Assembly (NCBI RefSeq): GCF_018350175.1
Contig: NC_058370.1
Location: 6,634,001 to 6,698,000, forward strand
DNA from: Felis catus
Lineage: Eukaryota
DNA: 64,000 bases
Reading direction: 5' to 3'
Under the pieces are notes generated by a model. That model was not told where the DNA came from. It saw only the letters and a list, made by a program, of their open reading frames with translations, and made no database searches. Both the position numbers and the translations under genes were made by a program. Within the stretch, counting starts at the first letter, position 1, and each line of letters opens with the position of its first letter. Positions 11,919 through 23,749 of the stretch are shown here, piece after piece.

Positions 11919-12100
11919 GTCCCCACCCAAGATTCTCTTTTTAAAGACCACATCAAAAAAATTAAGACCACATCCTACTTGGAGGCAGAAGAGGATGTCA
12001 GTATCGTGTAATGCTTAAGGATGGGGATTGTGAGGGACACTGTCTGGGTTCCAGTTCTGCCTCCACCTTGTACCACCTGGGTGATCTTGACCAAGATATT

Positions 12101-12325
12101 AAAAAATTTTTTTAATGTTTATTTATTTACTTATTTAGAGAGAGAGAGAGAGAGAGATAGCGTGAGTGGGGGAGGGGCAGAGAGAGAGGGAGACACAGAA
12201 TCCGAAGCAGCTTCAGTCTCCGAGCTGTCAGCACAGAGCCCGACGCGAGGCTCGGACCCACGAACTGTGAGATCATGACCTGAGCCCAAGTCGGATACTT
12301 AGCCGACTGAGCCACCCAGGTGCCA
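12101..12325 (-). mobile_element. CanSINE, SINEC_Fc2-like, inserted in a MIR (about 12000-12440)
   Basis: TSD tgaccaagat; flanks show MIR core ('ctgggttccagttctgc..tgggtgatcttg' and 'tcatctg..atggggataat'). Confidence 0.92.
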
Positions 12326-12974
12326 TGTGACCAAGATCATTTAAACCCCACTTTCATCATCTGAGAGATGGGGATAATGCTAGAACCTGGCCGAAGCATG
12401 TGGAACACAGCAGTCTCTCAGTAAAGGTCGGTCGTGGTTATCTGTCCAACTTCACTGGTTTCCGTGAATGCCCGTCACGTGTGGGGTAGCCTTTGGTAAG
12501 ACCCTGTTGTCTTAGATGAATCTCTAGATGCATTTAAGGAGGGTGGACATCTTCATAATGATGAGACTTCCTGTCTAAAAAGAATATTCTTTACTATTTC
12601 TCTCCTTTACGTGTCTTAATAAAGTTAAAATGTTTTTCTACCCACTTCTTATACTCATCTCTACATCTTACATTTTGTTCTGCGGATGCTGCTCTGGTAA
12701 ATGGGGCATTTCCCCCCGCTATTCTCTGCTTTAGGCTAGTTCCTCTCTAGGTTGCCTGAGAACTCTGACAGTGTGGCCAAATTGTTAAAAACCAGACTCT
12801 TGAAAGGACCTCAGCCACAGGCTCCAAGATAGATGTACTTTGCTATACCCAGCCTCTAGGAAGTCCTTTTTATAAAGTGAAATCCGAATAGAAACCCTGA
12901 CCCCTACAGCAGGTTGCTTTACTCTGAGGCCAGGCAGGGAGGAGGGAAGAGCTGAGCTGGGTGGGCAGCCAGGC

Positions 12975-13340
12975 CTCACCTAAGAGCCTCCGATTCCTTA
13001 TCTGTAAAGTGGGGCCAATCATCCCTGCCTCTCAGGTTGGAGATAATGTTAAGCACTGAACGTGATGCTTGGCATGTTGTTGGTACTGAACTAATGGCTG
13101 CAAGTACAGGTTCTGGGCTCATCATATGGGTTCAGATTCCTGCACCCAGACATTTCCTAGCCGTGTGTCCTTCGGCAAGCGACTTGACCTTGCTGGGCCT
13201 CAGTTACTTAATCTAGCAAATGAAGATAACGATAGTATGGGATTTGGGGGCAGCTGTGGGAGTGAGGTGTGACAGTCCTTACGTGGGGCCTATGGAGGTC
13301 CAGTGCGTGCCGAGTGCCAGGCGTGCATGCTCTGTGAGGC
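12975..13340 (+). mobile_element. Two adjacent MIR fragments
   Basis: 'tccttatctgtaaagtgggg' and 'tgggttcagattcctgc..tagc.gtgtg.cctt.ggcaag..actt.acct..ctgggcctcagtt'. Confidence 0.7.
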
Positions 13341-13513
13341 CAGAGACCTTCTGTGCTTTGGCCACTCCTGCGTCCCAAGGTCGCTGAATGAATGAATGAT
13401 CGGTGGGGTGAAAATATTAAACCGAGAAAATACAATGGTCTTTGACGAAAGCCCAGATCCATAGTTATCAGCTTTGAGTCTCTGTTTCAGAATTCGGAAA
13501 GAGGATCAAAGCC

Positions 13514-13722
13514 CAGTGGTTCCCATCTGGAGACTGTTTTGGCCTCATGGGACATTTGTCAACGTCTGGAGGCATTTCCGGGTTGTCACAACTGGGGGTG
13601 CTACCGACACTGGGCGGGTTGGGGCCGGGGATGCTGCCGGACACCCCACAGCACGCAAGCGCAGCCCCCACGACAGGAGTATCTGGCTGCAGGGGGCAGT
13701 GGTGCTGAGGCTGAGAAAGCTT
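13514..13722. mobile_element. MER20 DNA transposon
   Basis: 'cagtggtt..gggacatttg.caa.gtctgga.gcattt..ggttgtcacaactggggg.tgctac..gtgctgagg.tgagaaa'. Confidence 0.88.
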
Positions 13723-14509
13723 GATACAGGCACAGAATTACTTCTGGTTCCCTAGAGTTTATCAGATCATCTAGTGCTGGGTGAGGCAGTCTGACCCAGT
13801 AGTTCCCGGCGATAGTAAGGAATTTCCCAAACTGTGAGGCAGGTAGCTGGTGCCTACAGTTGCCCAAGGATGCCGTGGTTTCTGTTCGATTTGCTAATCC
13901 TCCAGATATCCTGGTGGTAGTTTATTGGCTCAACTTCTCCTTGGATCAAATAGTCCTTAGGCATGAGATTCGCGGTAATTAAAGCTCAAGGAGATTGAAA
14001 CTTTCCCCTTTGAGAAAGAGCTCGTGAGGTGAGTGATTCACATTCTCCAGTGAACCATCGACCCCCTGGGATTTTTCTTTTTGCTTTTGCTGGCTTTGCT
14101 ACTCCCTCTGATTCATCCTGGCCTGGCTCCTTTATTTCCCCATCTGCAGTGACTGCTAAATTGTTGAAGAGCAGCAGAGAAGGCTCCTCAAAGCCTGGAG
14201 AATCCTTCTGGCTACGGGGGCTTCAACAGGATGTGATGGGTGAAGGAGCCTGTGAACGACACCGTCACTAACTACTCCTTACGCCCAGGGACTGGGGAGG
14301 GAACAGAATGTGAGAAATCACCTTTACATTTTAAATGCCACTCGGAATGCAGGGAATACAGCAGCGAGCATGTTCTAATTCATCAAATGCTTTCTCAGCA
14401 GTAGCCAAAGATCAGACTGACACGCTGTGGCATCGACTGCTGGCTCGCCTTCCCCAGTGTGTTTTTCCACCACATCACAGAAGAGCAAGTGTTACCCGTG
14501 GCCACTCAG

Positions 14510-14880
14510 AGCAGATACTGTTTCTCAGCCTTCCTCACAGCTAGAGTGTCCGTGTAGATGAATCCTGTCCAGTAGGATGGGGATGGAGGTTTTGTGGAGC
14601 ATTTCTGGGAACACTTCCTAAAGAAGAGCTGGTGAATGCTTTCACCCCTCTGCCCTTTGTCCTTTCTTCCATCCTGCTGCTTGAAGATAACTGTGATGGT
14701 TGGAGCTCCAGTCAACCTCTTGCACCATGAGGTCCAGGGCTTCCGTCCAACAATCTGGAAAGAACTTGGGGTCCTTGAGGACTAACTGGTACAGAGCCGT
14801 CTTACCAGCCCTGGACCGGCTACATCTGGACTTTTCCCTGAGAGTGAGAGCATTTCCGTATTTTATCAAAGCCACCATCA
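14510..14880 (+). mobile_element. Old MaLR LTR (MLT1I/J-like)
   Basis: 'tttctcagccttcct.acagctag..tgtgatgg.tggagctccag..tcttgcaccatgagg..accagccctggac.g.ctac.tctggactt'. Confidence 0.65.
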
Positions 14881-15270
14881 GTCACCCTCCGTAAAATGTC
14901 ATCCTCACCGCTACCGAGATCAAGAGAACGCAGCTGCAGCTCTCTTCTTGATTTCTGTACTTGAGAGTGTGTTTTCTTCCATGAAAACTCTTCTGACTTT
15001 ATCAAGTGGGTTTCAGAGGCTCGGGAATGTTGTCCAAGGAAAGTGCCTTCGAAATGACAGAGGACGGGGAGATTTTAAGCTGTACACATAGCAGGTGCTC
15101 AAAAAATGTGTGAATTCCATGAGTGATGTAGGATGTTTCATCTGCCGTGGACCCGGGGTCTTGCTGGGCTCCAGCAAGGGTGTCAGTGAATGAAAGTAGA
15201 AATCCAGTGGCTTGTGAGAGCACACAGTTAAGTGGAGAGAAGCATTTACAAACAAAGAACCTTAATTGAG

Positions 15271-15274
<4 letters not shown>

Positions 15275-15315
<41 letters not shown>

Positions 15316-15332
15316 CACACATATATATATAT
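15275..15332. repeat. (TG)n/(TA)n microsatellite
   Basis: Direct inspection. Confidence 0.95.
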
Positions 15333-15764
15333 AATTGGCATATAACATTTTATAAGTTTAAAATGTACAGCATAGTGATCTGATACACGTGTGAAACGAT
15401 CACCACAAGTTTAGTGAACACCTATCACCTCTCATTGTTACGCATCTTTCCCCGGTGATGAGAAGTGTGACGATCTGCTCTCTTAGCAACTTTCAAATGT
15501 ATAACCCAGTATTGTCAGCTACAGTCACGCAGAACCCGTCTCACAACTGGACGTTTGTACCTTTTAACCACCTCCGTCCATTTCCGCCAGCCCCCACTCC
15601 CTTCCTCTGGCAGCACCAATCTGTTCTTTGTTTCTGAGTTGTTGTTTTTTAAGATTCCAGCATAAATGAGATCATTCAGTATTTGTATATCCCCATCTGA
15701 CTTCCCTCCCTTAGTGTAGCACCCTAAAGATCCATTCATATTGTTATAAAAGGTAAGATTTCCT

Positions 15765-15989
15765 TTTTTTTTTTTTAATTTTTTTTTCAACGTTTATTTA
15801 TTTTTGGGACAGAGAGAGACAGAGCATGAACGGGGGAGGGGCAGAGAGAGAGGGAGACACAGAATCGGAAACAGGCTCCAGGCTCTGAGCCATCAGCCCA
15901 GAGCCTGATGCGGGGCTCGAACTCACGGACCGTGAGATCATGACCTGGCTGAAGTCGGACGCTTAACCGACTGCGCCACCCAGGCGCCC
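15765..15989 (-). mobile_element. CanSINE, young SINEC_Fc-type
   Basis: Near-consensus body and tail. Confidence 0.96.
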
Positions 15990-16075
15990 TTTAAATTTTT
16001 TTTTTTTTAATTTTTTTTTCTCTCCTTCAATTTTTAAAGACTCCCCTTTTTATCTCTTTTATTTTTATTAAAAAC

Positions 16076-16277
16076 ATTTTTTTAATGCTTATTTATTTTT
16101 GAGAGACAGAGCGTAAGCAGGGGAGGGGCAGAGAGAGAGGGAGACACAGAATCGGAAACAGGCTCCAGGCTCTGAGCCATCAGCCCAGAGCCCGACGCGG
16201 GGCTCGAACTCACGGACCGTGAGATCGTGACCTGGCTGAAGTCGGACGCTTAACCGACTGCGCCACCCAGGCGCCCC
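16076..16277 (-). mobile_element. CanSINE with Fc-type 5' part and Fc2-type 3' part
   Basis: Fc diagnostics (aatcggaaacagg, ccatcagcccag, gactgcgcc) but Fc2-like 'ttttgagagacagagcgtaagcagggg'. Confidence 0.9.
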
Positions 16278-16366
16278 AAGATTTCCTTTTTTTAAGGCTG
16301 AACGATTCTCCTCTTTATCCATTTATCCATTTGTGGCCTGTGGGTTGTTGAGGATATTTGAAATCT

Positions 16367-16484
16367 TTTTTGGAAAGTTTATTTAATTTGTTTAGTGACC
16401 TCTATGCCCAACGTGTAGGGCTGGAAGTCATGACTTTGAGATCACGAGTCGCCTCCTCTGCTGACCGAGCCAGCCAGGCACCCC
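16367..16484 (-). mobile_element. Older short CanSINE
   Basis: Perfect 16-bp TSD aggatatttgaaatct at 16351-16366 and 16485-16500. Confidence 0.9.
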
Positions 16485-16999
16485 AGGATATTTGAAATCT
16501 CAATCAGCTCCTCCGTTTCTGACCCCTCCCATACTCGGACCGATGCACTGTCACCCCTGCGGGGCTCCCCAACACCATCCTCCCTTCTTACAGGGCAGCA
16601 CAGCAGGCTCTGTCGCCGGACCCCTGGCTTCCAGCTGAGGATGTCTTCTGGCCCGGCAGCTAGTAAAGTCACAGGACTGTATTCTGGCCAACAGGATGAC
16701 GCACAGGTGCTGTCCACTTCCACGGTGGCCCTTGAGAGAAATGCCTCTCTGCCCACCCCCCCCCCCCGTTTTGTCTCCTTCTTGGGGACAGGCATGGGGA
16801 AAGGATGGTGGGAGCTCCCAGAAGGCCTCTTGGACCCCACGTTGGAAGCTGTGGGTTGAGGTTGGCAGAAGAACAAAGCAGAAGCCATCTGTGCATTGCT
16901 CTGATGGTTACAGAATTTCCATACCAGCCCTGCTCACTTACATTTTATTTAGTTTATTTAGGTATTATTACACGGTGCCTCTTTCCCAAACAAGAGTGG

Positions 17000-17397
17000 A
17001 GGTTGGCTCGCTTGGGCTTCCGTCACAAAGCGCCACAGACTGGGGGTCTTAAAGAACAGAAATGTGTTTCCTCGCCATTCCGGAGGCTCACGTCCCAGGT
17101 CAAGGTGTGCGCTCGGTTGGTTTCTTCTGCGGCCTCTCTCCTTGGCTTGCAGAATGCTGCCTTCCTGCTGTGTCCACATGTGGGCTTTCCTCTGTGTGTG
17201 CCCATCCCGCTGTCTGTGTGTCCAAATGTCCTCCTCTTGGAGGGACACGAGTTGCACTGGGTTAGAGCCCACGCCCATGGCCTCATTTTAACTTGATCCC
17301 TTCTTTTAAGGTTTTGCCTCAAAATACAGCCACATTCTGAAGAGGGGGTAGGGCTTCAACATACGAATTTGGGGGGAACACAGTTCAGCCCATAACA
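17000..17397 (-). mobile_element. MLT1B LTR
   Basis: 'ccacagactggg.g.cttaaa.aacagaaat..ggtttcttctg.ggcctctctccttggcttgcaga..agggcttcaacata.gaattt.ggggg.acacagttcagcccataaca'. Confidence 0.9.
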
Positions 17398-17789
17398 GCC
17401 CGTTAGCCGCAGCGTTAAATGTGACTTGCTGTTGTGTCAGGTTCCTCCCGAGTGTCCAAGGACTGGACTAGAGGCTCTGATCGCTGCAGAAATGCACCAG
17501 CTAGTGTTTTTTTTTTCCAGCAGCCCCTGCCCACCCGCCTCCACACCCTGAGCGAGAGTATGAAAATCCCCTGGGAGGATGTGTTTGGAGAGGGTTGCTG
17601 TGCTTCAGGGGAGGCATTTTGGGAGAGTTACCCAAGTCGCCAGGGGCTTGAAGGTCACAAGGACTGGAGTCTGAATCCTGCATGGGAAGTCTAAGAGCCC
17701 AAGGCTGTGGGTGGTGGGCTGGAGGGTAGGCCGAGACCTGAGCTTGGAGGCGGGAAAGGTTGTGTTTTCTGTCCATCATATGCTTGTCC

Positions 17790-18030
17790 CAGGGTTTCTC
17801 AGTCTCAGCACCGTGGACTTTTGTGAGTGGATAATTCTGTGTGTGTGTGTGTGCGTGCGCGCGCGTGCATGTGAAGGAAACCTGTCCTGTATAGTGTAGG
17901 ATGTTTAGTGGCATCCTTGGCCTCTATCCACTTAATGCCAGCATCCCCCCTCCCGCTTGGGGCAACCAAAAGTGTCTCGAGACATTGCCAAATGTCTCTT
18001 CTGGGCAGAATGTCCATGGTTGAGAATTTC
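17790..18030. mobile_element. MER20 with an internal (TG)n(CG)n run
   Basis: 'cagggtttctca..ctcagcac..ggataattct..ctgtcctgt..tgtaggatgtttag..gacattgccaaatgtc..ggttgagaa'. Confidence 0.88.
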
Positions 18031-19580
18031 TAGAGTATCCCATGGAGGTGATCTACACTGCATGAACTTGAGATAGACTTTGTCCAAGAGAACCACTCGG
18101 GCGGTGGGTTGGGGGGGGGCAGCTGGTGAGGTGACTCTCCAAAGAGGAGGACCATGGAGTCCCTTAAAGCCCAGGAGGAGAGCTGTGTGGTCAACTGAAG
18201 GGTGCAGGAGGCACTATGCGTGCGGAGGGCAGTGCGGGGGAGAGAGCCCCCTTGACACGTAGAGTGTGCCAGGGGAGTCTCTGAAGAACCCAGTTTGTGA
18301 GTGAGAGACCCAGCACTTGGAGTCTGCCCCCCATAGGGGGCACCCAGGCCGGAATACACTGTAGAAATCCTATGAGAGATCTCTGCTTTTAGCAAGTGTA
18401 GGGAAGGCCAGCTGAGCAAATCGTGAGGAGCTGGGTCAAGCGATTTCATTTCCCCTGACCACCGGCTTCCGAGCAGCAGGCAGGCCCCGCTGAGAGGGGA
18501 GGCGTTTCTTGCAGAAGAATGAAAGATTCTGAAATGGACTAGAGAGAGGCAGTATCTGTGCCTTTCATCGTCTTTGAGCTATTTTAGAACTCTGTACGTT
18601 GTAGAGATTTGAGAGAAAGGCAAATGAGCTTTGTCCAGGGGAATACAATTAATTACTGCCCCAGGGATCTAGGCTGTTTCTGCACCTTGTTGTAAATTTA
18701 TTTCAGCACTCCTGGCTGTCACTATGTGTGCGTGTTCTTCACCCTTTCCTCTGAAAGAGCGGTATCCCCTTCCTGGTTCCTCCATTAATTCCTGAGTTGT
18801 GGACACACGTTCATCTTACGTTTGTCTGAACGTCATGATCTTACTTTCGAAACAAATGATTCTTTACCACCCGGCGACACTTTTGGTGAATGTGGGCTCT
18901 GGGATTCCCGTCCGCGTTCATCGCCGTGAGCTGGGATCTGAGACCCCTCGGCGCCTACGAGCATAAGGCCCTCTGAAGCGTGAGCTTCATAAACGCCACT
19001 GTTCTTGGGAAGAAGGTGGCTTCGTGAGGGTCTTCCGGAGAGCCCCCGCTTGATTTACTCACCAGTGACTCGCGCAAGAAGGAGGAGTTGGCCGGACGGC
19101 ACCGTGACCCGCCTCCGCCTCCGTCCCTGCCCATCTCCCCTGGAAACAAACAGAGCTGTGCGTTTGCTCGCCCGCATATGCATATTCCGTCAACTGGAGC
19201 CCCTCCTGCAGCTCTTCCCAGGGCAGAGTTCTGACACGCCGATGAGGGGCGGGTCTCAGAAAGTTGAGACAGAGCCTCTCGGACGCTCTGCTTGTGCAAA
19301 AAGCAGCAGGAAATAGGAAAAATCCACCTAACGTCCTGTGTGTGCCTTAGGCTGACCTCAGTGAGACGCCAGCCCTACGTGTGTTTTGTGAAAGCCCGAG
19401 AACTCAGCAACACGGGCTTGCAGTTGGGAGCGGGGACTTTTGTTCCTAGTAACTCATGCCGAGAGCCCATTGAAACAACCACCTCGGCTTTATTGGAATT
19501 GCCTGTAATTTGTGCATTATTGTTAAAAGGAGAGACACGACCCAGCTGGCAGATTTCTCCCTCTTTCAGTTACCATGTAA

Positions 19581-19805
19581 TCTCTCTCTCTCTCTCTCTC
19601 TTTTTGTGTTCATTTGTGAGAGAGACAGAGAGAGAGTTGGAGCCAGGGAGGGGCAGAGAGAGAGGGAGACACAGAACCCAAAGCAGGCTCCAGGTTCCAA
19701 GCTGTCAGCACAGAGCCTGACGCGGGGCTCGAACCCACAAACCGTGAGAGCATGATCTGAGCTGAAGTCTGACACTTTACCGACGGAGTCACCCAGGCAC
19801 CGCCC
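19581..19805 (-). mobile_element. CanSINE, SINEC_Fc2-like
   Basis: CanSINE body; tail degraded to (TC)n. Confidence 0.9.
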
Positions 19806-20517
19806 CCCCCCCCGACTTTTTCTTTAAAAGCCCAAGCACCCTAACAGGAAATAGGATTAAACGAATACGTTCCAGTGCACCAAGAAGACACGAGATCAGC
19901 CTTTTGAGCAATCCGGCCAGCTTCTCAAGTAAATGCAGGTGACCTGTGCCCTCTGTTTAAAAACTTGCTGCTCAGCCCTGCTCTGGGGTGCTGCACTTTG
20001 TCATCACATTGCTAGGTTCATTTTGCATCTGTGTTTCATCCACATGAGTATATTCTATTAATAAGTGTTTAGTTGTTTCCTAATTATAAATGGGATTATG
20101 TTCTTTGTGGAAGAACGATACAGAAAGGTTCTAAAAGGAGAGACTTAAAAATACGATACAGGCTACTACCCAGAGTTTAATTATGATATTTTCTTTTTAG
20201 GCTTGATTTTATGAAAAATGAGATCTATTTGACTAGAATTTATGCTCCCTCCGGTGAGTTTTCTCCTGCTTTTCCTTTATTAAAGCAGGTACAGGCCCCT
20301 AGTCTTTCCTGACCATGGGGAGGAGCTCCTGGAAGGGGCAGGACTGCAGACTGATGTTGCCTAAGCCCCTCCCTCTGCTGTCTTTATTTCCGCATCAGTG
20401 CTCGCTGACGGAAATAAAGAAAAGCCTCTCGGGACCAGTGGGTAATTGTCCAGCCCCAAGTATTCTGGAACGGCCCCAACCTGGCAGTAACAGGCAGATC
20501 CGGTCAGACCTCCCAGG

Positions 20518-20640
20518 ACGGTGCTTCCAGACTGTAATTTGCACAAGCATCGCCTGGGGATCTGGTTGAGAGGCAGATTCGGGTCCAGCCGTACCCAAGC
20601 GACGAGCGCACAGCTGCTGGTCCAGGCTGTCGGGGGTGGT
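20518..20640. mobile_element. MER5-like fragment
   Basis: 'gtgcttcc.agactgtaa..tgcac..atcgcctggggatct.gtt..a.gcagattc..gctgctggtcca'. Confidence 0.55.
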
Positions 20641-21961
20641 CCAAGCCTGTTCTGAGGATGCTGGCGTAAGGTTCTTCCAGGCTCATGATCTTCCCTGGTC
20701 CTTACAGAAAGACCAGAGCAGCAGATCGGGGAGAGCCATGGGGCCTCTGTGATGTGCATTTGGGGGATAATCATTGTACACACACGAGCAGAGACACTTG
20801 GGTCCTGGGTGAGACCCAGAGCCTTGATAAAAACTTGGCGGGGGTGGGGGGAGGGAGGAGGAAGATCTAAGCCTGACCAAGGCCAGATTTCTTAACAACT
20901 CTGCAGGCTCAGGACACGGAGGTAAAACTAAGCTGATTTATGACAACTAAAGATGTAGGGATTTTCTTACATGCGCAAATTTGAGGACTGAAGTTGTTCA
21001 TGCTGTATTTATAACGTCCATTTAAAGAAATGCACAGCATGGTGCACATTCATGTTTAAAGCCTGTTTCCCTTTGACTTACGATACCACGAACATTTTCC
21101 CTGGTCGTGAAATATTCTCTGAAAATAGCACCTTTAATAATTCCGCGACGGCAAGGACACGGTCCCCTGTGCCGAGCACTGTGTCCCCAGTACTCAGCAC
21201 AGTGTCTGACACAGGGTAGGAGCTCCAGAGTTACTTGTTGATTCACGCAATGGGGGCCATACCTCGATGAGTGATTGCGTGGCTGCTGGCCACTGAGACT
21301 GCGTTCAGCTGTATAAACAGTACCGTGGTGGACATCCTTGAGGGAAACCTTTGTGCACAATCTTGATCCTTTTTTTTGGGTATCTGTACAGGTGGATATA
21401 CTGGCCAACGAGGATGCACAATTAAAAGAGCCTGGATATTTACTGATAACTTGCCCTTTGGGGAGATCTCATACCCGTTTGCATTTCCATAGGCAGCGCC
21501 TGGGAGTGATTGCTCTTGCCAAGGCTGGGATCATCATTTCGGAAAAGCGAAACCTCGCGAGGCCCAAAGGGTGTCTTATTTTAATGAACATTTCTTTGAT
21601 TACCAGTGAGCCTGAGCAGTGGTTTTGAGAGTGCTCACTGATCTCTGTATCCCTTCTTTAGTAAATGGGGCCGTTTGGGTCTTCTGTTGGCTGCACCCAC
21701 ATGTCTAATCGGAGGGGTGAATATGGTTCATCCTCCATTTTCCCATCTGATACCCTTGCACACAGCTCTGGCCAGAAACACAGAATGTAGATGTCGACGT
21801 AATGTGAAGCAGGTGCTTCTTGAAACCCTCTCAATAGGTTAGACCGCCGAGATACAGCTCGTAGGTTCCCAGAAGGCTAGCTGAACGTACGGTGTAAAAA
21901 GAACAACTTACAGATTGGGGGGGCGGTGGTGGTGAGAGAAATGGTTTTTCTTTGTGAGGTG

Positions 21962-21992
21962 GCGCCATCTAGTGGTTCTTAAAGACAGTGCA
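21962..21992 (-). promoter_or_regulatory. CTCF binding motif (core plus upstream module)
   Basis: Minus strand reads TGCACTGTC-TTTAAGAA-CCACTAGATGGCGC: exact match to the core CCASYAGRKGGCRS, with a TGCA module at the typical upstream spacing. Confidence 0.7.
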
Positions 21993-22257
21993 GGAACCAA
22001 AACGACTTCTGGGATTAAAACCTCTCATTTAACTTTGCCTTCTCTAGTCCAGGCCATCGTCAGTTTCTACCTCATTATTGGTACCTCCCCCCGCATCTGG
22101 ACTCCCCCTCTTCATTCTTTCCCTCCTTATCGCACCCGTTGCATTGCAGGATGGTTGTTTTAAAATCGTGCCAGTTCTCTGTTCAAATCCATTCACTCGC
22201 TCATGGTTGTTTTTACTTAGCCCCTTAACCTGGTTTATGAAATCTTCCACGATCCAG

Positions 22258-22353
22258 GTCAAGGTCTGCAAACTTTTTCTGTGAAGGGTCAGACAGTAAA
22301 TCTTTTGGAGTTTGGGTGGGGGGCGCACAGTGTTGTGCTTTCTCAGCTCTGCC
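22258..22353. mobile_element. MER58A fragment (truncated)
   Basis: 'ggtctgcaaactttttctgt.aagggtcaga.agtaaat.tttt.g..tttg..ctcagctctgcc'. Confidence 0.75.
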
Positions 22354-22412
22354 TATGGGCTCTTCCTTGTGCTGGGACCACTGTCTTTCGCTCCTCAACC
22401 TTCGTGCCCTGT

Positions 22413-22555
22413 GCTGCTCTCAGTCCCCTGTGCTTCCCACTCAGGTGTTCAAAGACCCAGTGTCCTTGTTCAGTTGTGAGCAGAGAGGGGGCAGCCAGCT
22501 GGTTTGGGGATAAGAGCTGAAAACAAACGATGCAGTCTTTGGAGGCTTCTCTGGG
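22413..22555 (+). repeat. Local direct duplication, copy 1
   Basis: About 90% identical to 26784-26928 by manual alignment. Confidence 0.9.
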
Positions 22556-22962
22556 CCCCCCATAAACTGTCTTCCGTCGGACTTTGCCCACTGTCCCTCA
22601 GCGTGTTTGAGTGCAGACCCACCAACACTTGTGGGGTCCGGGCCGAGACTACAAATGGAGGCCCACCGACTAGGTGTCTCAGTATTTAAAGTCCAGAAGT
22701 TAAGCTAATAACTGCTAATTAAAATAGGCCTTGTCTCGCTCCCTGGACATATACACCTTCCTAGGAAGAACCATAAGCATAATAAAAGTACCATTCAATG
22801 ATAAAAACCAAAAATGCAGGTTTTATACGAGTGACTTGGCAAATTCTTGAAGATGATGAAATTTTATTATTACTGTGCTAGTCTGGATGTTCCTTCCCTG
22901 GGCTGGCGATGTTTGGGGACTGAGCGGTAAAATAAAGGTAGACGTAACTCATCGATTATATT

Positions 22963-23058
22963 TTATCCCACAAAATTTATTTTCGCCTTCTTTTCAGCCA
23001 AACTACTATGTTGTTGAACTTAAGGTTTTCACATAAATCTTATGTTTTATTGACAGTG
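22963..23058 (-). pseudogene. Frameshifted hAT transposase C-terminal (dimerisation-domain) remnant
   Basis: Manual translation across two frameshifts: SLSIKH/DLCENLKFNNIV/LAEKKAKINFVG*, resembling the LSIE..II..FA.KK.R C-terminus of hAT/ZMYM1-like transposases. Confidence 0.55.
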
Positions 23059-23275
23059 AAGGTTGGCGGTGCTATTCCAAGCACGCTCCCAGGCCCCCAG
23101 TGGAAGAGACTGATCTCTCTAAATGGTCTCCAGTGGATGGTGATGTAAGAAAAATAAGATACATCCTTACTCTCAGTTTCCCGTCAGTCTCCATGCTCTT
23201 TGGTAACAATGGTGACATACTGGCTGCACCCAACACTTTGAGAATCATGGACAGAAGTTTTTCAAAGTATTTACA

Positions 23276-23355
23276 TTTTTTTATTTTTTTAAGTTTATTT
23301 ATTTTGAGAGGGTGAGAGCAAGAGAGCGAATGGAGGAGGGGCAGAGAGAGGCGGG

Positions 23356-23390
<35 letters not shown>

Positions 23391-23513
23391 TCCCAAGCAG
23401 GCTCTGAGCTGTCAGTGCAGAGCCCGACATGGGACTTGAACTCACAAACCATGGGATCATGACCTGAGCCGAAATCAAGAGTTGGACGCTCAACTGGGCC
23501 ACCCAGGAGCTCC
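23276..23513 (-). mobile_element. CanSINE, older Fc3-like
   Basis: 'aatcccaagcaggctct..gccgaaatcaagagt'; TSD caaagta(t/c)tt. Confidence 0.9.
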
Positions 23514-23749
23514 TACAAAGTACTTTTAAACCGAAGTGCAGCGAACTTGAATATATTTCATGAAATTATAAATTAAAGTAAGCAAAATTTAAGAATCTTG
23601 TATATATACTAAAATTATTTTCCTTCCAAAATATTAGAAATATCTGCTCCAAAGTAAAGGCAAAATAAAACATATAATTAATGACTATGATAATTTGAAA
23701 CAAAATTATGTAAATAAAGCTGGCATTTGAAATTTGAGAATTTAATAAC

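Larger units (their letters stand above)
15262..16350 (-). mobile_element. L1MA9/10-like 3' end containing a (TG)n microsatellite and two SINEs
   Basis: 'ttaattgagatata..tggcatataacatt..ctctcttagcaactttcaa.t.tataa..tctggca.cacca..ttaagattcca.cata.atgagatcat'. Confidence 0.8.

Noticed and set aside
11297-11945. Short direct repeats separated by spacers, CRISPR-like at a glance
   Set aside because: The repeats are target-site duplications and the spacers are SINEs; eukaryotic DNA with no cas genes
22496-22514. CAGCTG..GATAA TAL1/GATA1-like composite in duplication copy 1
   Set aside because: GATA is preceded by G rather than W, the spacing is short, and the E-box is absent from copy 2
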